DNA of 64,000 nt from the NCBI GenBank assembly GCA_951406725.2, contig OX597832.1, positions 48,112,001-48,176,000 of the forward strand. The letters are read 5' to 3'. Within the stretch, counting starts at the first letter, position 1; the number at the start of each line of letters is the position of its first letter. Shown piece after piece: positions 1 through 13,977 of the stretch. The stretch is from Octopus vulgaris. Lineage: Eukaryota. Below the pieces are notes generated by a model. It searched no databases and had not been told where the DNA came from. It was given only the letters and a program-made list of their open reading frames with translations. The position numbers and the translations under genes were made by a program.

Positions 1-214
1 AAGAGAAGAGGTGATGGGTGGTGATAGCTCTCTTCTCTCTCTCTCTCTGCCTGGCTCACTCAATTCTCCCACCCCACTTCTTCCTACATTACTTCAACAC
101 AGCCTTACTTTCTTCCTAACACCAGATTTTCTCATTTCAACAATAAACCCGGCTTCTAGTTCACGCTGCTTCTTTCTCTCTCCATATAAGTTTACAGAAC
201 TACAAAACTGTTCT

Positions 215-256
<42 letters not shown>

Positions 257-661
257 ACGTACGTACGATTACACGGCGCACCTCTCCACCACACACAATC
301 TAGAGCAAGGACCATACGCATTGGTTATTCAGTGTATTGTGTTAACGTTTTTATTTTCTTTATTTCAGACACAAACTGTAAAAGTATATACCTTGAACGT
401 TAGCGTGGTTCTTTCTACGAGCTAAAGAGAACGTGTTCATACCGTATCATACACACACGCATCTTTTTCTTTATGGTATACGTGTACACACCACACACTA
501 GAGAACTTCGAAAGCAAATACGCCACGTTATAACTGTTCTCAAATTAACAAAGGAGCCCCCCCCTCCTCCATGTCAGACAGGGACAACCTTTTTCTGAAG
601 AGTGGGCCCCACTATTAACAGGAAAAAAAAAACAACCCTAGGTAATTTTTCATTAAGAATA

Positions 662-903
662 TCTATTTCTTTACTAGCCACAAGGGGCTAAACACAGAAT
701 GGGACAAACAAGGACAGACAAACGGATTAAGTCGATTAAATCGACCCCAGTGCGTAACTGGTACTTAATTTATCGACCCCGAAAGGATGAAAGGCAAAGT
801 CGTCGACCTCGGCGGAATTTGAACTCAGAACGTAAACGGCAGACGAAATACGGCTACGCATTTCGCCCGGCGTGCTAACGATTCTGCCAGCTCGCCGCCT
901 TAT
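662..903 (-). mobile_element. SINE family B, full monomer
   Basis: Head GGCGGCGAGCTGGCAGAA, B-box-like GAGTTCAAATTC and core GCCTTTCATCCTTTCGGGGTCGATAAA. 17-bp TSD atttttcattaagaata at 645-661 and 904-920. Confidence 0.9.
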
Positions 904-1274
904 ATTTTTCATTAAGAATACCGTCCTGAAAGTCCCGTGGGCTGCAGTTTGTCCCGGACGGCTCTATGCGGTCAATCGACCTGCTAGAAATTGTACCATT
1001 CCTTCCAACCTTAAAGAACAGGACATCGCTGCCCTAGATCAATGGTGCTTAAAAAAGTTCTTTTAGGTCTACAGACCCTCTCCCCTACAGAGTAATTCGG
1101 GTTTTTTTGTTTTTTTTTAAATCTTGTATTTTCATAATATTTGGATATTTGTTGTATTTCGGGATGGGTTTTTAAAATTTTATTTTGCCAAGTAAACACA
1201 CGCACTATATATTTTTCTTCATTCGTTTATTACTGTTAAAGCATTTTGTATATTGTTGAAGTGTAACTGATCTA

Positions 1275-1583
1275 TTACTCTTTTACTTGTTTCAGCCATT
1301 TGATTGCAGCCATGCTGGAGCACCGCGATGTTGGGAGAACAAACACACACACACACACATTATATATATATATATATATATATACATACATACATACATA
1401 CATACATACACACATATACGACGGGCTTCTTTCAGTTTCCGTCTACCAAATCCACTCACAAGGCTTTGGTCGGCCCGAGGCTATAGTAGAAGACACTTGT
1501 CCAAGGTGCCACGCAGTGGGACTAAACCCAGAATCATGTGGTTCGTAAACAAGCTACTTACCACACAGCCACTCCTACGCCTA
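1275..1583 (-). mobile_element. tRNA-derived SINE family A, internally deleted
   Basis: Head GGAGTGGCTGTGTGGTAAG, internal (TA/CA)n and tail CAGCATGGC...CTGAAACAAGTAAAAGAG, shared with more than 10 copies in the window. Confidence 0.88.
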
Positions 1584-1829
1584 TAAATTTTAACAAAATC
1601 GTATATGGGCCCTGGTTGAGACTCAGGAAATTAAATTAAAAAACTAGGTGGTCACAAATAGTCTGCTTAATCAGAGTAGATCTGAAACTAAAACGAAAGT
1701 TTCTCACAAAGAGAGAAGGGAGAGTATGAAATGGGAAAAAGAGGTGAACAAGTTGAAGTATTTAATAAAATTGAATGGTTTTAAACATTAAAACTGGCTC
1801 AACACCATTCCGCCATCTTAATGAGATGG

Positions 1830-1990
1830 TGACAGGAGTGGCTGTGTGGTAAGTAGCTTGCTAACCAACCACATGGTTCCGGATTCAGTCCCACTGCGTG
1901 GCATCTTGGGCAAGTGTCTTCTACTATAGCCTCGGGCCGACCAAAGCCTTGTGAGTGGATTTGGTAGACGGAAACTGAAAGAAGCCCATC

Positions 1991-2033
<43 letters not shown>

Positions 2034-2230
2034 TTTATGTGTGCTTGTCCCCCTAGCATTGGTTGACAACCGATGCTGGTGGGTTTACGTCCCCATCACT
2101 TAGCAGTTCGGCAAAGAGACCGATAGAATAAGTACTGGGCTTACAAAGAATAAGTCCCGGGGTCAATTTGCTCGACTAAAGGTGGTGCTCCAGCATGGCC
2201 GCAGTCAAATGACAAACAAGTAAAAGAGTA
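1830..2230 (+). mobile_element. tRNA-derived SINE family A, full length
   Basis: A/B-box-like head (TGGCTGTGTGG; GATTCAGTCCC), TTGGGCAAGTGTCTT core, internal (TG)n and an AAAAGAGT-repeat tail. Confidence 0.9.
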
Positions 2231-3164
2231 ATATTTTTATGGGTGGTACTAATGGTTTGCAAGTTTGAGAGCCAATAAGTAAACAACACTCCCTTCCTAA
2301 GTGGCCCAAACGACTATTAATGCTGTCAATATATCCTCAATATTTGTGGGATGTACACACCACTAGAGAAGTGGTGAACAGTAACTGTTCTGTTCAGATC
2401 AACAGGAAACACTAGAGAATGGAGACTCAACAGCTTGCAACCCTTTCCCAGATAAAACAGTGTATTTACAGGAAGGACACAGGGCAATGGTTACATACAG
2501 TAGAGTACTAAAGCTGTCTGGAAAACTGGATTTGTGGATCACAGTTAAGTTGATAGCAGTGTTTTGTGTCTGAACACTAAGCATAGGGTTGGTGGCATAA
2601 AACAATTATATGAGTAATCCTATAGATACATTACTGCGTACATTCACACAGGAAAATGGAACTGAAATACATGAGTGTATAAACATTTTTTTTTTATAAA
2701 TATAAATCAATAGAAGTTACAGAGCAACTCAAAGGCCGAAAGTTTTGTGGTTTAGAAACAAGTTTGATAAGTTGTCAGTGCATGAAATTCTTGGTCCTTG
2801 AATCACTAACTTCTGCTGGTTATAGTAATAAAAACTATATGCGTCTCCCAGCACATATTCCCATACTTATAGGTATGGATGTATGGTGAAATTGGCACAC
2901 CATAGCAAAATGATTGCCATTTCAGACAAAAGTCTTTCTTGGAAACTTAGCTCTCTGGTTTTACCATCTCTACTCAAACCACTCAACCGAGCATAGAAAA
3001 TAGATGCTAAATGATGATGAGGATGATGGTGGTGGTGGTGTGTATGTGGTTATAAGTTTAAGACTTCACAAGAACATTCCAGTCCTTGATGAAGGACTTC
3101 CTGGGACATCCGAAACTCTGCTCACAATAGTATACAAGCATAATTTTTCAGTTACATCAATCAC

Positions 3165-3650
3165 CATCATCATTTAACGTGCATTTTCCATGCTAGCATG
3201 GGTTGGACAGTTCAACCGGGGTCTGGTAAGCCATGGAGGCTGCACCAGGCTCCAGTCTGATTTGGCAGTGTTTCTCCAGCTAGATGCCCTTCCAAACGCC
3301 AACCACCCCGTGAGTGTAGTGGGTGTTTTTTACGCGCCACCGGCACAGGGGCCAGAGCAGGCTGGCAAAAGGCCACGATCGGTTGGTACGTTTACGTGTC
3401 ACCGACACGGATGCCAGTCAGGCGGCGCTAGTATCTGCCACGTTCGGACGGTGCTTTATACGTGTCACCGGTACGGGTGTCTTAACTACAATTTCCATTT
3501 GAATTTTTATTTTGATGTTGACGTACTTGACTCAACAGGTCTCCTCAAGAACAGTGGGTCACTCTATGATCCAAGGTTAGCACAGCAGGCCGTCCTGCGA
3601 GCCATGAACTCACCTCATTTGTCGGGTCTTCGAAGTGAACGCGATTATTG
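3165..3650 (-). mobile_element. Non-LTR retroposon family D (LINE-type tail CCAACCCATGCTAGCATGGAAA...GATGATG)
   Basis: Homologous to the opposite-strand copy at about 8130-8478 and to fragments at about 8527-8715 and 56575-56705. Confidence 0.75.
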
Positions 3651-5534
3651 TTGCCAGAGCTTATGGCCATCAGTCTGTTTAGATTCAGATGTGAAACAAA
3701 GTGCATTGCAATGCACATTTTAGATGGAACACATGCACAACATTGAAAATGATGCTTTTGCTAATGTATGTAGTTCTAATAATATGCAAAACATATAAAA
3801 GCCAGGCCAAATTGAATCAGATTTTACTTCAAGCCTAATTCACAGAGTTTCTGGCATACAAATTAAAACTATGTCAAGCAGTGAAAGAAGGCAAATGATA
3901 ATTCATGCACCTTCAAAGAAAGGAAACCAGAATAGATTGGTTTTCTGTTTCTATATTAGGTAGTGGCATTATAGCTATTTTGAAAACTGGAAGATTACTG
4001 AATGTTTAGAGAAATATGAAAAACTTGAAACAGCAATTTTTTTTTTTCTGTGTGTTCTAATGCAATGTCCACATGGGCAATACTGAAAAGGCAGTCTCAG
4101 GAGAGAATATCTTTGAAAATTAAGTTCTTTGTTATATACACTTGAGATGTTATGGATCACACTATTTTTGAGTTATTCATTACAGAATAAAAGACAATAT
4201 TCTGCTACAGTACAACTTGCTTAGTAAAGATTTAGCGAATCTTAACTGTAAAACAACTTTGCCATCATATCAATGCACAGTTCCCTGATACTGTAGGTTC
4301 AAGTTCAGCTAAGTACAACTGCTACAACACTGAGCTATGGATTCTAAAAAAGGGCACATCTGCTATATATATATATATATATTTTTCATTTATATATATT
4401 TTCATTTAGAGATAGTAAGCCCCTTCATCTCACCATATAAAAACGAACTTTTATTTTAAATACCTACTATATAACTTGGTATTTGAAATAAAAATTGTTT
4501 TTTATATGTTGAGATGAAGGGGTCTACTATCTCTAAATGAAAATATATATAATTTGAACCCCTGTTATGCCGGAATTTTTATTCTCTAACAAATAAAATT
4601 AATATATATATATACACACACATTTATAGACATACACACACACATTTATAGACACATATATACAGTACATACATATATGTATAAATATGTATTTAGAGTG
4701 TATGCATGAATATATGTATGTGTACATATATGCAAATGTACTGAAATATTTTATGTGCATTCTTCTGTGATAGAAAAGGCTGGAAGGGTTACCCAAGAAG
4801 GTTTCATAGCTGGATGTCCTACCATCTCTTATGACAAGCAGGGATGCAGTGCACCTGAACATGTGTAAATATGTGCACTGAAACTCACATGTATACACAA
4901 ATACAATGTATATTTGTCATTTAAGAATAAGCTCTAACAGTTCATATATGGAAGATTATCCAACAAGGTTTCGTATGTATCAGGAGTCAAATTCAAACTT
5001 CCTTAACCCTTTCAGCTACTTCTACAACAACAACAACAATCTGCACTTGGCCTCTGGACATCAATGAAACCAACTTGATGGCTAGCTTCTTGAACACGGT
5101 TTGTGCTCAGGGTCGAGGAGAGAGCTAGAGGTCTTGAGAGGTATTGTCCATCTCCGAAAGGAAGCAAACACTTCTAGTCAGAAGTCCAAGATGGTTGATT
5201 TTTTCCAAACGGCGGAGGCCCTAGTGGCTGAGCAGCTCAGGGTGGAGCCATGTGGTGTATATATAAAGTCATCAAGTACAGATTATACATGATGGGGGAC
5301 AGGGAAAAGGTAGATCACAAATCAGAAAACCTCCCAGACTGTGTCCGAGACATTGTTGAAGGCGAGGAAACCCTGCCCCCAGTGGCTGAAAGTGATTTTG
5401 TTGAATGGCTTTTCATTCAAGTATGTAGTGGAACACTTGTTTGATTTTTTTTTTTTGTTTGGTGTGGATTTCTTTTGCATTGATTTGTCAAACAGTTTGT
5501 GTGTGGGTGCACATGTATTGACTATTATACGACA

Positions 5535-6370
5535 CACAGGATGTGGTGGGTAAATTGTTGCTATTTTATATTTTTTTATTTTGCATATTGTTTTTAATTT
5601 TGTCCATTACACAGTATAGTAGGGTCAGTTGGGCACTACATGAGAAAAACAACATGATGCGATTCACTCTGCCAGAAATTTGGAAATGACATGCTGTAAG
5701 CTTGGCATTCATGCTGGAAGTTTTAATATGAATATGTCAGAGTGTTTGAGTCTCCATCTGAGGACATGTACCGAGACAAAACAAAAATCAAACAGCCAGT
5801 GTTTGGAGTGATCACTAGTGATGGCAACATTATGCCTCCACCTTCCCACATGACCTCAGACTCAACATGGAGGTCTACATCAAATGCCTGGAGGAGGTAG
5901 TGCTGCCCTGGGTGAAGAGGGTGGCTGCTGGAAGACCTTATGTCTGGCAACAGGCCTCTGCATCAGGCCACACAAGCAGGAGAACCCAGTCATGGATGTC
6001 AGACAATTTCTGCGACCAAACCACCCTTAACATCTGGTCACCTAACTCCCCACACTGCAACCCCCTTGATTATTATGTATGGGGCACAGTTGAGCGAGAG
6101 ACCAAAACTCCTTGTAACACCAAAGATGAACTCAAAGTAACAATTACGGCAGCATTCAACAACTCAAACAAGGAGACCATCCAGATGAGTCGCAGGAGAT
6201 TACAAGGTCGTCTGGAGGCCATGGTTGAAACCAATGGCGATTTTATTGAATAAATTTACTCTTTAGTATTTCAAGATATTTTTATGTAATTTTGGTAAAT
6301 ATATCTGTTAAATTGAGATGTCAGTGTTACCTTCATTTTTGCATAACTTAATTTATTCAATGCACCCTGT
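5535..6370 (+). mobile_element. Tc1/mariner-superfamily DD37D (maT-like) transposon remnant, internally deleted
   Basis: ORF 5867-6253 contains YVWQQ(A)SASGH...IWSPNSPHCNPLDYYVWG, with 37 residues between the second catalytic position (D replaced by A) and the third D. Degenerate TIRs CAGGATG.../...CACCCTG followed by TA. Confidence 0.85.
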
Positions 6371-6799
6371 ATATATATATATATATTCACACATATACAC
6401 ACGATATACACACATGTACATGAATTGCCAACATACATATATACATACATACATACATACATACATACACACATACACACACATGCTCTCTCACTTTCTC
6501 CCCATTCATCACCCCTTGTACTATCTTATATCCCACCCCACCACTACACACTCAACACTATAAAATGGTCAAATTTTCCCCCCAAAACTTAGTTCAATTT
6601 GAAAACCCCACTAGAATGGGCGAAAGCACTAATATATGATATATGATGTGGTGCCCCAGCATGGCCACAGCTCGTGAGCTGAAACTAGATAAAATAAATA
6701 CAAATAAATATCTGTAAATATAAAACCATCACAATTTCTGAGTACCTCATTTCTTCTAATATAAAATACCTGTACATCATCTCCAAACCTAATAAATAA

Positions 6800-6843
<44 letters not shown>

Positions 6844-7448
6844 CTAGATAAATTGGTGAACATCTAACATGCATTTGCCAACAAATAGTGTACTGTCAAT
6901 ATACTATTTAAGTATTGACCTATGTAGTGTGTTTGCATTGGTCTTATGCAACAGAGAATACAATATACAAGCTCTGGTCAATACACATACTCCGTGTAGT
7001 TGTCTCATTGAAAATGACAGATTCAGATAATGGTAATCTGTTCAAAATGCTAAGTTTTTAAACCATTGTTAAACCTAAAAGCTCTACACTTTAATACAAA
7101 ACATTAACAATTCGCACACGTGACAGCATGTCAAACAGATGGGTCACAAGAGCATTAAGCACATGGCTAATGGCATCGTAAAGAAAGGTAGCTTTTTTTT
7201 TTTTTTTTAATTAGAACATTTTTTAATTGCTCACAATAGCTTTCATTGTCAATAGAAATAGATACATGGGTGCACATACACTATATATCTATATAAACAA
7301 GGGAGCGTTCACATGGTCACCTAAATCTTTCGATAGACAAATTTCAAATCATACCCAGTTGTCTTAAATCAGAGATGGACATATTGAACAGTGGACACAC
7401 ACACACATACATACAATGTTGGACAACCCATACAAATATAAAAGATGG

Positions 7449-8000
7449 GGGTCTTTTCACTTTGACCAGCAGATTTTAAAAATAATTTCTGTGTAACATA
7501 TGAAAATGTCCCTGTTACATATATATTCGTTTTTAAGAAACAGATTGGGTTTATTTATATTTCTGAAGAAAAAAAAAAAAGATACCCTTCCCCACACCCC
7601 TAACCCTAAAACAGAATCAAATGCAATAGATCGATACTAGGGTCATAATTATGGGGGGACACTAAAGAGGGAACGGTTTTGTTATCCAGCTCTGTTTATG
7701 AGTGACCCCTCAGTTTATGGCCACAGGGTATCGTTTTTCTCATAAAAAATACAGACATTTTCGTATGACGCCACCAGAAAATGTTACAGCAGATATTGTT
7801 TTCACCTCAATAGACGTCATTGATTGGTTGAAATTGCCGAAATGCAAGAAATTAAACAAATATGTTACAAACTACAGAATTTTCTCAAGAAAGCCAAGAG
7901 AAAAAGATGTTTTATAACATTCTACTAGTATACGAAGTTTAAAATTTTTCAGTTACATAGAAATTATTTAAAAAATCTGCTGGTCAAAGTGAAAAGATCC
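7449..8000. mobile_element. MITE, variant subfamily (Merlin-like)
   Basis: TIR GG(A/G)TCTTTTCACTTTGACCAGCAGATTT, near-perfect 8-bp TSD aaagatgg/gaagatgg, and internal sequence shared with the other MITEs. Confidence 0.85.
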
Positions 8001-8129
8001 GAAGATGGATATTAAAATATATACTCAAGCACACATGCAAGTGGATGTGGTAGACAGAAACAAAGAAACTGGCCTTCGTCTATTCATGCATGTATATATA
8101 TAAAATGTATTTCTATGTACATAAAATGA

Positions 8130-8478
8130 AATCAAATGGAAATTGTAGCTGTGATACCCGCGCCGGCAGCACGTAAAGAGCACCATCCGAACGTGGCCAA
8201 TGCCAGCAACACCTGACTGGCATCTGTGTCGGTGACACGTAAAAAAAGCACTAACCGATCATGGCCGTTTGCCAGCCTCCTCTGGGCCCCTGTGCCGGTG
8301 GCATGTAAAAAGCACCCACTACACTCACCGAGTGGTTGGCGTTAGGAAGGACATCCAGCTGTAGAAACACTGCTAGACCAGACTGGAGCCTGGCGCAGCC
8401 TCCTGGCTTCCCAGACCCCAGTCGAACCGTCCAACACACGCTAGCATGGAAAACGAACATTAAACGATGATGACGATG
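8130..8478 (+). mobile_element. Non-LTR retroposon family D, 3' part
   Basis: Reverse-complement match to 3165-3400; ends in ATTAAACGATGATGACGATG. Confidence 0.75.
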
Positions 8479-9383
8479 TATTTCTATGTACACTTGTTTA
8501 GATATGTACTGTCTGTAAACGAGTATCACCCCCATACAAGCAGTGCTCTCATTTCAAGTCTTCCGTGAACATGTCTGGCCATGGGGGAAATATTGCCTTG
8601 CTTAGAAACAGATGCAGGTTGGTGACATGCACATGCAGTTGTAGGAAAATCTACTGCAACAAACTGTCTGACCCATGCAAGACAGAAAAAGTGGACATTA
8701 AATGATAATGATGAGTCAATATCAAGGACATGCTGCTTAGGTAAGCAAGGTAGGCAGTGCCTGCCCTGAATGAAATAGATCGATAGTAACATTTTCCTTT
8801 TGTGGCAAAATATGCAACTGATTCAATAAAATTATGAAGGTTACTCTGATCAGTTGACCAAGACGCGACAGTGGCACTTATGATCTGTTGTATGCAAGAA
8901 ACTACATGTAATGACCTAATTCTCTAAGCAAAATCTGTCAAAGAATTGAAATTGTGAACGTAGAAACAGGGCATACGAATCAATATCTTTAATACTAGCA
9001 AAGACAAATGTTTCAGCTGGCAAGAAAGAAGACAGGACTCCTCCATAGCCATCGAACAATGGACTATGCTTGATCTGCAGAAAAGAACATAGGACTTGCA
9101 TACGCTGTACCATATGCAAGCAAACTACGGGTGCATAAGAGATTCAAGTGGAATCAGAGGCATGCTGATAGGATTTTGTATTTGTACAAGAGTACCTAGG
9201 AAAAATTATTTTGGATGTTTAGCATCATTCTAGAAGCACCTGACAATTTCCAGCTTTTAGATAGTGGTACTCAACTATTTTTTTTTTTACCTTTGGGCCT
9301 CTTTGATTCCTATTTTGCTCGGGTGGATCCCCATAACCATTCGATCAATGCTTTAAAAATTCTATTATATTTTTATAATCAAA

Positions 9384-9749
9384 CTAGCACCACGACCCAG
9401 CAACACCTGGTTAAAGTGCTAGTGCATGCATATACAGCTGTGTGCGTGCGCACATACACGCGAGTACTGTCTAAATCTCCGACCAATCACATACAGCTAG
9501 CTTGCATTCAATTGGTGTATCAAGTTTCGGGCATTTTGATTGGGTTTTGGATAGAAAATTCACAAAAAAGTCACTTCTATTGATTTTTTAATGGCTTTGC
9601 GGGGTGACTGGGGAAATGTAAAGATGTGCACAACCACCTTTGGACGGTTTTGAATAACCATAGAAAGTGTGAGCCCTCTAACTGAAAAATTGTTGATTTG
9701 TATAAAGGACACACACACACAGACATTTTGCCGTTTATATAGAGAGAGA
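9384..9749 (-). mobile_element. Non-autonomous Helitron-like element
   Basis: The minus strand starts A|TCTCTCTCTATATAAACGG and ends with a hairpin (CCAGGTGTTGCTGG), about 9 nt, then CTAG|T. No TSD. Confidence 0.75.
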
Positions 9750-10619
9750 TATTAGGAATTCTATTTAAAGAATTGTTAGATTTATTTATTTGATGCACTG
9801 TAGAAGCATAACCAATTTATTGCACAAAGTTTAGCAAAATCTTACATGGATTCACAAGAGTCATAAGGGCCCTGGTTAAGGACCGTTGCTCTATGTGAAT
9901 TGCAAATAGAGAAGGGTACTCAGCTAGATTGTCTTCCAAGTGAAAAATATAACCTATGATGGAGGATTGTACACAAGCATGGGAGGAAAGCACAAGCGTT
10001 TAATGTGGAGGATGTTTGAAATGCTGGAAAGAGAAGTGAGCATCTTCTGCATGCAAGAAACATTGAAGGTGAGAGGAATCGGATGCAGTGTGCCAGAGAA
10101 ACATGCTTGGAAAAATATGAACAGGCAGCAGAAAAAACCCAAGGAAGATATGAGAAGGTGAAAAATTTCAGTGTTTAACTCCGCGAAAGCGGACAATGGA
10201 CTGCAATGAGTGTCCCAGAAAAGGCCCATTAAACCTTGCCCCCAACCCAAATACATGTATAATTACAGACGCTTATCCACTTAATGGTCCACTATGTTTA
10301 AGGACAATTTTCTTTGGTCAAATTCTTTTCCATTTGCTGACAGACATTTTTCAAGCTAGTAAATAATATTTCCCTCTAGTCCTTCGGACATGAAACGGCT
10401 CAATGACCAGACATGTTTCCACAAACGATTGCAAATAATTTTTTTTTTCTAAGCATGAACAACAACTGTTTGCAATTAGCGAGTCAAAATTAATCAAATA
10501 CATGCGACAGGAGTCTTTACTTTTCATCTATTCAATTCAACTTTACAGCGCACTGGCCAGGCTCAGTGCCACACGGTGGGACCAATCCCTAAGCTATATG
10601 GCTGCAAGACTTGAGACAG

Positions 10620-10890
10620 CACTCACCCGGGGTGGGTTGAGCTGGCTTCATTCATCCTCAATGCTGCATCTCTCACAAACGCTGACCAGGCCTGCCGATT
10701 TGAGGCTAACGACCGCGCGATCTCCAACCACTCCTTATTCCAGCGGTGAACGCCGTAGATATGGGGGCCTAGATTGGGTTCCAGATCAACCTTGACTGTC
10801 TCCCAACAGGGATATACTTGCGGCTGGGGACCGCTAGAGGATTTCCTATTCCCAAGATCCTTAAAATATTCTTCATGTATATCGCACCTT
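10620..10890 (-). mobile_element. LINE (RTE-like) 3' fragment
   Basis: Translation ...WLEIARSLASNRQAWSAFVRDA... resembles the C-terminus of an RTE ORF; frameshifted. Confidence 0.6.
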
Positions 10891-11121
10891 CCATGGCTGC
10901 AAGGGAAACTTCTGAACCACACAACCGTGCCTGTACCTATTCATGTGTCTAAACTGCATTGTATCATTACATAGTATAAATGCTCAAAATAGCAAATTAG
11001 TTATCAGTTAACAAGACCGAGCAGACTTATTAAAAGGTATGCCAGCACTAATAGTCCAATAAGTATTGCTTTTTAATATTTATACTCGAGACAATAGGGC
11101 TTGATTTGAGGGAGATTTGGC

Positions 11122-11536
11122 CGATCTTTTCGGTTTGAACGGCAGTTTTTTCTAGCGGTGTCATATGAAATTGTCACCCATAATTATGACCCTAGTATCG
11201 ATCTATTGCATTTCAATCTGTTTTAGGGTTAGGAGTGGGGGTAAGGTATCTTTTTTTCTTCACAAATGTAAATAAACCCAATCCGTTTCTTAAACGAGGG
11301 ACATATTCATACGGCACAGAATGCTTTTTAACTCAATAGACGTCACTGATTGGTTGAAAGTGCAGAAATTGAAGAAAAAACAACAAATATCTTACAAACT
11401 TATAGAATTTTCTCAATAAAGCCAAGAGAAAAAGATGTTTTAAAAAAAAAACACATTCTACCAGTATACGAAGTATAAAAGTGTTTAGTTACGTGGAAAT
11501 TATTTTAAAAAACTGCCGGTCAAACCGAAAAGATCC
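11122..11536. mobile_element. MITE (Merlin-like, 8-bp TSD)
   Basis: TIR (G)GATCTTTTCGGTTTGA(A/C)CGGCAGTTTTT; TSD gatttggc at 11114-11121 and 11537-11544. Confidence 0.92.
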
Positions 11537-13221
11537 GATTTGGCTGCTACTTCTAAAAGGTTGTGACTACAAAGAGGCTCCAACAAACTCTAAGATCTAA
11601 GAAAAGTTGTGGTTCCAATCACATTTACCTCGGCGTCCACATATGAGGAAAGGTGAAACATATTCACCTAATGAAAATGGACTTTTGAAATGATATAAAC
11701 TTATCTAATATCCTTTTACAGATAATGTGATTGCTTAACTCTAGTCAGTTGCATCATAAGATTCAAGGACAGGTGATGACCTACATAGTTGCTAATCTTA
11801 GGTCAAGTCCTGATAAAGAGTCAGGAACCATCTTGACTTATTTCAGACCACGTCCTTCTTCCCTGTTCAAAGGCATTTATTGAGTGTTTATGTGAAAAAT
11901 TTGGTAGCCTTTTCTTGCAAGTTAAATTAATACGTTGAGAACCTCGTGTGAGAGATAGTTAAATCCTACTCTGTAACCGTCAGTAGATAAATTACGCAGA
12001 AAAATTAAAATGAATTACTACTTTTCTTTAATTAGGAAATTAGGAAAAAAAAAAAATGGCGGGTTATCTTTCTGCAAAAGATCTTAAAGTCCAAACCCAT
12101 CAAAAGTTTAAGAAAAAATATAAAACAGCCGGTATACAAAAGATTTACCGAAAACTTAAAGACAAATGAACATGCTCTTGGAATCTTAGAATTTGGCTAA
12201 GTCTTTAAATGAAATATCTAACAGTAATTTTAAGTGGAATAACAATAAGTTTGTAAAATTGAAGATATCCCACCCCACGCACATGTGTGTGTGTACATAA
12301 GCGAAAAGATCCAATTTTTGTTTCCTATCTGTCTGTTCAACCTGTTGGTAAATAGCGAGTAAATCACCCCTAAGTCACGCTGTTTGTCTCTAAGGAACAC
12401 AGTGTAAATCTAAAATCAGTAGTTCTCAATCGGGAGTCTATACAAAATTGTTAAAGTTTATGTGCAATAAACTGCTTCTGCAAGACAAAATATTTTGATT
12501 TTTCTAATACAATTTCCTTTATATTTAATTTTAAAAAAATATATAGTAGGAATTTACATCGAATTGGTACGAGGGCCCACCTGAGTAAGTAAAAAAAAAG
12601 GAATCAAAGGTGGTAAAAATTGGTTGAGAGAGAAAAAAAAAAAAAGACATGATGGCTACGGTTGGAATGTCTTTGGTCGTTGGTGTAACTTCCATCAGGA
12701 TTGATTTGATGTCTATACGTCTACACAAAAATTTGTATTGTCCCGGGTCCTTTTAGAAGGGACACGAGTACACATAAGTCTACAATATATATACATATAT
12801 ATATTTATTACACACACAAATAAGTGTATATATATTACACACACACATAAGTATATATATATATATTACACACACAAATAAGTATATATATATATTACAC
12901 ACAAATAAGTATATATATATATTACACACAAATAAGTATATATATATATATATATGAACACACACATTACACGGTGCATGCATTTAATATATAAACACAC
13001 CTGTATTGTACACTCCCTTCAAAAGGTAAGACATGTGACTTGCTAAACTTTTAACAAAACGAGAAAAGTGCACACGCACGGTGAGAGAACATCAAAAACA
13101 AAAAAAAAACAGTTTCTTTCGTCTAGTATTGAGAGAGAGAGAAGAGAGAATATCTCAAATCGTACCTAGATAACAGCTATGCAAAGTATGTATGTGACCT
13201 GTATTTTCTATACAATTTATA

Positions 13222-13977
13222 TCTACATTGGGAAGGAGAAAGCGAGGGTGTAAAAAGAGAGGAGGGAGAGCAAGTAAACGAGAGAGGGAGAGAGAGAAGC
13301 AGCAGGAATGAATGAGGACAGACTTTTAAGATGAAGGGGAGATTGTTGTATAGATGACACCCGAATAGCTTGCCCCACCTCGCAAAGGAAACGAAATAGG
13401 AGCTAGCGGGGAGCTGTCGTTTACTAAAGGCTTTCATATTGTAAAGATACGGGCTGTCCACACCTATTTTATTATAGATAACACCACTTGCTTGCTCGCT
13501 CTCTCTTTTTGAAAGGGGGCAACTTTTTCGAGAAGTGGGTCGCAATAATAAAAAAATACATAAAAAAACGAATAATTTTTCGTTCAGGCGTTGCCATTCA
13601 GAAAGTCCCGTGGGCCGTACAGGTTACCCATGGCTAGTTAATGATTCTTCGTTCAGGCGAGCCATTCAGAAAGTCCCGTGGGCCGTACAGGTTACCCATG
13701 GCTAGTTAATAAGTTTTCAATCAGGCGTGCCATTCAGAAAGTCCCGTGGGCCGTACAGGTTGCCCATGGCTAGTTAATAATTGTTCGTTCAGGCGTACCA
13801 TTCAGAAAGTCCCGTGGGCCGTACAGGTTGCCCATGGCTAGTTAATAATTGTTCGTTCAGGCGAGCCATTCAGAAAGTCCCGTGGGCCGTACAGGTTACC
13901 TAGGCTAGTTAATAAGTTTTCAATCAGGCGTGCCATTCAGAAAGTCCCGTGGGCCGTACAGGTTACCCATGGCTTAG
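13222..13977 (+). mobile_element. Non-autonomous Helitron-like element ending in six tandem 68-bp 3' ends
   Basis: Each unit ends CCCGTGGGCCGTACAGG (imperfect hairpin), 10-11 nt, then CTAG|T. CTAG occurs at 13634, 13702, 13770, 13838 and 13905, and CTTAG at 13973. The subterminal region is homologous to 580-942. The 5' TC at 13222 is tentative. Confidence 0.65.

Noticed and set aside
3083-3140. Hammerhead-like TTGATGAAGGA...TCCGAAAC
   Set aside because: C3 is missing and there is no convincing stem I; at best a decayed remnant.
5040-5445. Short ORFs 5101-5444 as a host exon
   Set aside because: Frameshifted with no recognisable domain or splice signals; probably an old retroelement fragment.
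8916-9074. Candidate Quaking exon 2 after a ttttctgcag acceptor
   Set aside because: In the required phase it reads D-Q-A-stop and has no STAR similarity.
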